Below, in pieces: positions 48,901 through 57,900 of a stretch of DNA of 64,000 nucleotides. Positions within the stretch are counted from its first letter, which is position 1, and each line of letters begins with the position of its first letter. Position numbers and translations under genes: made by a program. The DNA is taken from the NCBI GenBank assembly GCA_002269645.1, contig NIVC01000903.1, forward strand, positions 458,459-522,458. Reading direction: 5' to 3'. Source of the DNA: Macrostomum lignano. Taxonomy: Eukaryota. The notes beneath the pieces are model-generated. The model did no database searches and was not told the origin of the DNA. It worked only from the letters and a program-made list of their open reading frames with translations.

Positions 48901-51900
48901 TATGAAGAACGCTGGCTCATACAGGGAAGTAAAGAAATTTCAGTGCAATGTGTTTTTGTTTACTTCACTTAACATCTAAAAATAGTAGTTTGTAAAGTGT
49001 CAGATGGAGCTTACTTCGCGTTAGTCTGCTTGCCCGCGACAACTGAAAATAAGAATACGCGAAATCGATAGCCCCTATAGCAGGCAAGGTGCGTGTTTAC
49101 CTTACCTTATTGTACCTGCGCTGTGCACCTGACTGACTGACTCATCGGCCCGCACTGCTATAGCCTCGATAGCCTGCTTATTGCTAGAAATACTTCAACT
49201 TAGATTTCCTGTTTGCGTCTCCTGCTGCCAAATATAGATAGAATTATTGTTTTAAGTAATCTTAAGTAAAATCCCGAGGGCAACGCGTGTTGATTAACCG
49301 TTTTTTAATTATTATGGTGCCTGTGATTATCAAAACTGTTAATTAGATTTAACCATCTTTATTTTAATAGAAATTTCTCGAATACAGAGTGTTCGGCCCG
49401 TTAATAATTTGTTGTCTCAAGGCTAGTTCAAGTTTCCAATTGAATTTTATTTAGTAAAAGAAGCGACCATGAAATCTGGGAAGTCTACGAAAAAATGCCA
49501 AAATTGCTAGAATTATGCTTTCGCTCTACTATAAGTAGCGTTTATTTTTAAGCGATTGATTAGTAAGATATTTAAATTCAGTTTTATTGACTGCATTTAG
49601 CTGCGCAATCCAATGCGTGACCTGTCGCGCCCTCATTTTTTACCCAATTCACTTCAAGCAGCTTCTCCTCCCTCGGGCCGGACAATTACGTAATTGAGGG
49701 GAGTGGGCGAGCGTGTGTTTTTCTTTCTTACTTCTCTCCTCTCCTCACTCACTCCGCGCATCATCGTCACTTTGTGGCGGTGACTAATGCTTAATGCTGG
49801 GCTTGGGCCGCGGTTTTGCCTCGATTGACCTCCCTTTTCTTCTCTTTTTTTTCTAACCCGCAAATCTTCCTGTTTCCCTTGGGAGACTTCTGGTAAGCAT
49901 AAGTCCTGGCATATCGAGTCACGGTGCGTATGCGCCAACTATATGGGGCATATATAATGTTATTTCTCTCAATTTTTATGTTTTATAGGCTCTCCAATCC
50001 CTATTCCCTTGAGCGGTTTCTTAAATTTTTGTCTACCTGGCTTTAGCCCCCCTCCCCCGAGCTCTTGCGTTGCATAATAATAATCCCACTAACGGATGCT
50101 GGGCTTTGGGATTTGAGAATCCGGTGCTCAGGCAGTTGAATTGAACAGTTTAAAAAACTGTTTATTGGTACGCGTTGCCACTGCACGGCCGTTGTCAGCG
50201 CTTGTATAATAATAATAATAATATTAATAGTTGTGTGTAAAGAGTGAGTCAACGTATTTATTGCTTGGGCGTATGGCATTGGGAAATGGGAAAGGAAAGA
50301 AAATGAAAGGGATGAGGGAGAGACATGGGAGGAAGAGAGAGAGCGAGGGGGGTGTTCTGGGTTGTGACCTTAGCTGGCAGTGCTTCAGCTGGGGAATTGC
50401 TCTGCATTATAGTCACTTTGGTGCTTAAAGTGGCTGCTGATTCGTGTCACCAATTCTAATTGAATTGAACCGGGAGCGTTGGCTAAACAGAAGACTGTAC
50501 GATCTTTTAGATTGCCTGATTCCTAGTCTGGGAGGATGAGTGACCTTGTGTAGGCTTACTACGAGGGTCACTCAGAAAGTTCTTAGCTTGAACACGAAAA
50601 CAGCAACAAATGAACTAAAAAACGACTACAAGTGCTCAAAATACTCTCCACCGGCATTGATACAGGCTTGCATCTTGTGAAACCAGCTGTCGAAGCACTG
50701 CCGCCAATCCTCATCCCGGAGCTCCTCGATGATGTTTTTAAACTCATTCACAGCTTCTTCCGGTGAAGAAAAGACCTGGCCCTTCAGAATCTCCTTGCAC
50801 TTCGGAAACAGAAAAAAGTCGCACGGTGCCAGGTCTGGACTGTAAGCAGGGTGAGTCATCAGCTGGACCCCACAGTCAGCCAGAAACTCCAGAGTTGGAG
50901 CCGCCGTGTGCGCGCTGGCGTTGTCGTGGTGCAGAAGCACCCCGCGCATTCCGCACCTTGGGCGCCTCTGGCTCACAGCAGAAAAGACCTTGGGCAGGCA
51001 AACCGTTGTGTACCAGTCAGCGGTGACTGTCTGGCGATCTTTAAGTGAAACGGAAGCCACATACCCAGTGCGCATCAAGAAACAGGCCACCATCTGCTTG
51101 CCGACACTCCGGCTGCGTCGAAACTTTGTGGGGCTGTCCTCGTCTCCAAAGGTCCACATGGCTGACTGGCGCTTGCTTTCGGGGTCGTATTGATAAATCC
51201 AGGTCTCATCGCCCGTGAGGATGTCCCAGATACGCCGGCTGGTCCCGGATTCGAATTTCTGCAGCATGAATCGGCACCAAGCCACCCTGGTGTCCTTCTG
51301 CACTTCCGACAGCTGATGGGGGATCCACCGGGAAGCCAGCTTCCGCACTCCAAGGTGTTCGTGCATAATGGCGTGCACACTCCCCGATCCAATACCGATC
51401 TCCTGTTGGATCTGCTGGTAGGTCACTCGCCGGTCAGCGGCAATCATGCTGGACACAGCGCAGATATTTTCTGGAGTCACTGCGTCACAGGGTCTCCCGG
51501 ATCGATGTTCATCTTCGAGGCTTTCTCGACCTCGGCGAAACTCAGCGAACCAGTTTTTGACGGTTGCGTATGAAGGACATACATGGGTGAAAACGTTCTG
51601 TAAAGTTTGATACGATTCGGCCGGCGACTTGCCTTGCTTGAAGTGCAGGTACATCATTGCTCTGAAGTCGCGATTTTCCAGCTTCATTGTTTAATTGAAG
51701 AACTCAGGGGGTGAACTGACTTTAACTCGCTGCAGTGGACTCAAAAGTGGCTGCTTCTGTTTGAAATTTTTGCTGCGATACTTTTAAAAGTTGGTCTTTA
51801 CCATAGACAAATTTCATGCTTCTACGTCTCGTGGATCCTACTCAGGCTAAAGACTTTCTGAGTGACCCTCGTAAGAATAACCGTTAGGAATGACGATTGA

Positions 51901-54900
51901 CCTGCTAGGGGATTTAGGGAGGGCGAGTGACTTTCACACACTACGAGTACCAGTTAGAAAGGCCGAGTGACCTAGACCTACTAGGAGTCCCAGTTAGAGG
52001 CCGAATGACCTAGACCCACTGAGAGTACCAGTTAGAAAGGCCGAGTGACCTAGACCTACTAGGAGTCCCAGTTAGAGGCCGAATGACCTAGACCCACTGA
52101 GAGTGCCATCTAGACAGGCCGAGTGACCTAGCCCCACTGAGAGTGCCATTTAGAGAGGCCGAGTGACCTAGACCTACTGAGAGTGCCATCTAGAGAGGCC
52201 GAGTGACCTAGACCCACTGAGAGTAACAATTAGAGAGGCCGAGTGACCTAGGCCCACTGAGAGTAACAATTAGAGAGGCCGAGTGACCTAGACCCACTGA
52301 GAGTAACAATTAGAGAGGCCGAGTGACCTAGACCCACTGAGAGTGCCAATTAGAGAGGCCGAGTGACCTAGACCCACTGAGAGTAACAATTAAAGAGGCC
52401 GAGTGACCTAGAGCCACTTAGAGTGCCAGTTAGAGGCCGAGTGACCCAGACCCACTGAGAGTACTGAGAGTGCCAATTAGAGAGGCCGAATGACATAGAC
52501 CCACTGAGAGTGCCAATTAGAGAGGCCGAGTGATCTAGACCCACTGAGAGTAACAATTAGAGAGGCCGAATGACCTAGACCCACTGAGAGTGCCAATTAG
52601 AGAGGCCAAGTGACCTAGACCCACTGAGAGTGCCAATTAGAGAGGCCGAGTGACCTAGACCCACTGAGAGTGCCAATTAGAGAGGCCGAATGACCTAGAC
52701 ACACTGAGAGTGCCAATTAGAGAGGCCGAGTGACCTAGACCCACTGAGAGTGGCAATTAGAGAGGCCGAGTGACCTAGACCCACTGAGAGTAACAATTAG
52801 AGAGGCCGAGTGACCTAGACCCACTGAGAGTAACAATTAGAGAGGCCGAATGACCTAGAGCCACTTAGAGTGCCAGTATTGAATACTCGCTAAACTTTGA
52901 AAATATTCCGCAGCTGTCAATCGACGATCTGATCGCCTCGGGCAGTCCTGGCGGCGCTCGAACGCCTCCGTCGCCGAAGTCGCCGCCAGCTGGGGAAGCC
53001 TCGGCATCGGGAGGCGCCGAGAGTTCTGGCGTGCAGGCCGCCAAGGGCCCCGAGCCCGACCTGGTTGTTGTGTACGATCAGTGCTCAGATCGGCCGCCAA
53101 TTGAAGCGGGCGATTCCAGCTTCCTAATGCTGCTGATGCAGCGCCTGGTGCGACAGTACAAAGCTGTCCGCCTGCTGCAGGGTGAGGCTGCTGATGACTC
53201 ACTGCCCCCTCTCCCTCTCTCTCAAGCCGGCTTCTTTTGAAGTTATGATCTGTAGTTGAGTGGATGGACGATCTAGATAATTTCAATTTTCCTCCCAACA
53301 ACTAACTATAGGATGAATTGAACTTTTTTGTAACCATTTACAATCCCCTTCTGAGTCACTTCGAATGGGGGGAAGTGGATCCTGTTTCTGGACTCGGAAA
53401 TCGGTTCTGAATAGAAGTGGCCGCGCCTGGTCCTAGGAATTTATCTATCCGCATGTGTGCGCGCAGTCATAGCGTTCAGATACAGTCCTAGATTTTAGCT
53501 ATGACTAACAATCTTTGTTTAAGTGCTTTAAAGCGTTTAATCCAAGCGCTCGTGTCTGTCCCTGTCTTTCTAATGCTGTCTTGGGTTTGGCGGTCCACCC
53601 CGGCAGTTACTAGCTGAAGTAGCTAATTACTCATCTTATTGCTTAGTCACAATTTAGCCGCTTTATTTCGGCACCCACCCGCCAACTATATAGACTTTGC
53701 TAGTTTTTGTTGTTTGTACGACATCTTGAATAGCTTTGGAGGTATCACCCGAGTTGTCTTTGTCTTATCATATTTTCATGCCCAAGTTGCTAGTTTGTTC
53801 CCAGTTGTCTCATTGGGTGAGATTTTGAGACTTCTGTGTCTCACGGTTGAGATTTTGGGACCTCTGTGTCTCATTGGGTGAGATTTTGAGACTTCTGTGT
53901 CTCACGGTTGAGATTTTGGGACCTCTGTGTCTCATTGGGTGAGATTTTAAGACTTCTGTGTCTCACGGGTGAGATTTTGGGACCTCTGTGTCTCATTGGG
54001 TGAGATTTTGAGACTTCTGTGTCTCACGGGTGAGATTTTGGGACCTCTGTGTCTCATTGGGTGAGATTTTAAGACTTCTGTGTCTCACGGGTGAGATTTT
54101 GGGACCTCTGTGTCTCATTGGGTGAGATTTTGAGACTTCTGTGTCTCACGGGTGAGATTTTGGGACCTCTGTGTCTCATTGGGTGAGATTTTGGGACTTT
54201 TGTGTCTCATTAGGTGAGATCTTGGGACCTCTGTGTCTCATTGGGTGAGATTTTGAGACTTCTGTGTCTCACGGGTGAGATTTTGGGACCTCTGTGTCTC
54301 ATTGGGTGAGATTTTGAGACTTCTGTGTCTCACGGGTGAGATTTTGGGACCTCTGTGTCTCATTGGGTGAGATTTTGAGACTTCTGTGTCTCACGGGTGA
54401 GATTTTGGGACCTCTGTGTCTCATTGGGTGAGATTTTGAGACTTCTGTGTCTCACGGTTGAGATTTTGGGACCTCTGTGTCTCATTGGGTGAGATTTTGA
54501 GACTTCTGTGTCTCACGGGTGAGATTTTGGGACCTCTGTGTCTCATTGGGTGAGATTTTGAGACTTCTGTGTCTCACGGGTGAGATTTTAGGACTGCTGT
54601 GTCTTACAGATTGCGTCTATTTAAAGTATTTTTGCATGCTTTTTAGGTTGCTTGAAAATAAGAAATTGGTTGGGTAGCAGGTGCTTAGCTGCTATTGACG
54701 GCAACTCCTTGTTATTCCTTTGAAGCAGCAGACTCGCGCCGCAGCTTTCCTCCCGAGTTGGGAGTCAGTTGTCTCTGTTGATTAAAAAGTAGATTATAAA
54801 AATGCAAAAAAAAATTGGATATGGGGAGCCTATTTAGACCGGTTATTAATCCACTGGTTGATAATCTGGCAGTTCGCATGAGTCACCAAATTGAAATATG

Positions 54901-57900
54901 GCCATAGCCAGACTGTATACAATACGCAGGTCCTTCCTGTTTCATATATCGGCCATTTTATTTATGTTTGTTATACTACGGCTTAATCAAGGACAGCTAA
55001 GTAGTATTCTGGTTTCTTAGAAAATTTTGAGAGCTCATTGTTTTGTGATGGAATAAACGAATAAATGAAAATTTCCTATCTCCGTAGTGTATTTTCCTGC
55101 GCAAACCCAGTCCTGCTCAAGTCGTCCTTGGTCTTGTGGGTTAATGTTACAACAACTGAGTCATTGCGCTTGTTTAAGGAGGCCGCACTATTAGCTAATA
55201 ATATTTATCAAGTGCTGCTCTGCGGCTGACGAATTGTCAACGCTTTGTAGTGAGCTGGCACGTGCGCGCAGTCATATGATGTCAACACATCCAGCGCACT
55301 CTCAGCCCGTCCAATGTATTTTTTTGTTTAAAAAAAGAAACTCAACGCGCTTAGTCAGATTCTCTGTTCAACTGGCGACAGGGGCCGCTCGGGGGGGGGG
55401 GGGTAGCCCCGCTGCGTTGGCCTTAGCAACGGGAGTGGGCTTGGTTGGCAACGCTACGGAGATTCCCCCCTCTCAACCCCACCCCCACGTCCCCTTATTG
55501 TCGCCCGCCCACTTAGTCAGCATTTCAGCCTCTCAGTTCTAATTAAATACTGCCGCTGGGTACATTGCTTGTGCGTGTTTCTCTTTTTCTAAAACCTATT
55601 CGGGAGAGAGGGCGGCGTTGCACATTGCTATAGTGATAGTCGCTCGCTGATTTGCTAAGGCTGTCCACTGAGGGAGAGAGAGCAGAGTGCGCCCGCCTCA
55701 CACCCCTTGCATTTATCTTTTCTATAACTTATTCGACTCTCGGGATAGGAGGGTGCGAGTTATATCAACACGCGGCCATATTGCTCTGTCACCCTGTCCT
55801 CCTGTCCGCCCAGTCATCATTTTTTATTAATCTTCTACTGTGATCGATTTGCCCGTCACGATTTGCAATAAGCATGCTTGAAAATCGTGGCGGTACCGGC
55901 GGCGGCGTTAACGCCATCGTCACAGATCAGCCCCCGGCCGCCTCTGTCGTAGTCAATAGGCCCCGGCCTCCCTGTCGATTGTCCCTATCGACGCCAATGG
56001 CCGCTGCTTTAGCCTCTCCGTTGAGCCCAATCTCGGCTAATCCATGCGTTACCATGGCAACAACGCCGACAACAAATTTGGCGCGAAAGCGTCGCACCTG
56101 TATGGGTAAGAATCGATTCAAAAAGGATTAGCTAGGGCCCCTAATTGCCGTAGAATCCTCATTAGAAGCTGGGGTGTGGCTTGCATTTTGTCACTCTGCG
56201 CTGCTCCCATCGCTCAGCCCCGCTCCAATCTGCTTTGCTTTGGTTTTGACTATTTTCTGCCGCTTTTTTGCTATCTTAGCAAAATCTTGTAACCATTTTG
56301 ATAGCTCAAACAGAGATTTTATAACTGTCCCGTGCGTGTCTAGCTATTTCCTATATCAGGCTTAGCTGCTTCCTATATCAGATAATCAGGCTTAGCTACT
56401 TCTATATCAGGCTTTGCTGTTTCACATATCAGTCTTAGCTATTTCACATATCAGGCTTAGCTATTTCCTATATCAGGCTGTGCTACTTCCTATATCAGGT
56501 TGAGCTACTTCCTATATCAGGCTTAGCTATTTCCTATATCAGGCTTAGCTATTTCCTATATCAGGCTGTGCTACTTCCTATATCAGGCTTAGCTATTTCC
56601 TATATCAGGCTTAGCTATTTCCTATATCAGGCTGTGCTACTTCCTATATCAGGCTTAGCTATTTCCTATATCAGGCTGAGCTACTTCCTATATCAGGCTG
56701 AGCTACTTACTATATCAGGCTTAGCTATTTCCTATATCAGGCTGAGCTACTTCCTATATCAGGTTGAGCTACTTCCTATATCAGGCTTAGCTATTTCCTA
56801 TATCAGGCTTAGCTATTTCCTATATCAGGCTGTGCTACTTCCTATATCAGGCTTAGCTATTTCCTATATCAGGCTGAGCTACTTCCTATATCAGGCTGAG
56901 CTACTTCCTATATCAGGCTGAGCTACTTACTATATCAGGCTGAGCTACTTACTATATCAGGCTTAGCTATTTCCTATATCAGGCTGAGCTACTTCCTATA
57001 TCAGGTTGAGCTACTTCCTATATCAGGCTTAGCTATTTCCTATATCAGGCTTAGCTATTTCCTATATCAGGCTGTGCTACTTCCTATATCAGGCTTAGCT
57101 ATTTCCTATATCAGGCTTAGCTATTTCCTATATCAGGCTGTGCTACTTCCTATATCAGGCTTAGCTATTTCCTATATCAGGCTGAGCTACTTCCTATATC
57201 AGGCTGAGCTACTTACTATATCAGGCTTAGCTATTTCCTATATCAGGCTGAGCTACTTCCTATATCAGGTTGAGCTACTTCCTATATCAGGCTTAGCTAT
57301 TTCCTATATCAGGCTTAGCTATTTCCTATATCAGGCTGTGCTACTTCCTATATCAGGCTTAGCTATTTCCTATATCAGGCTGAGCTACTTCCTATATCAG
57401 GCTGAGCTACTTCCTATATCAGGCTGAGCTACTTACTATATCAGGCTGAGCTACTTACTATATCAGGCTTAGCTATTTCCTATATCAGGCTGAGCTACTT
57501 CCTATATCAGGTTGAGCTACTTCCTATATCAGGCTTAGCTATTTCCTATATCAGGCTTAGCTATTTCCTATATCAGGCTGTGCTACTTCCTATATCAGGC
57601 TTAGCTATTTCCTATATCAGGCTTAGCTATTTCCTATATCAGGCTGAGCTACTTCCTATATCAGGCTGAGCTACTTCCTATATCAGGCTGAGCTACTTCC
57701 TATATCAGGCTTAGCTATTTCCTATATCAGGTTTAGCTACTTCTCAGAATCATGTCAACACTGTTACCAGCCTTTCTACTGTGAACTGGGTTTTTATTAT
57801 GAAAAATCTTCTCACCTCTAGGCGGCTTCCTCAGCTTCTCGGCCGGCTATCCGCAGCACTGCGAGTCCAAGACCAGCCAGGACCCGGAGGCTAGCGAGAA

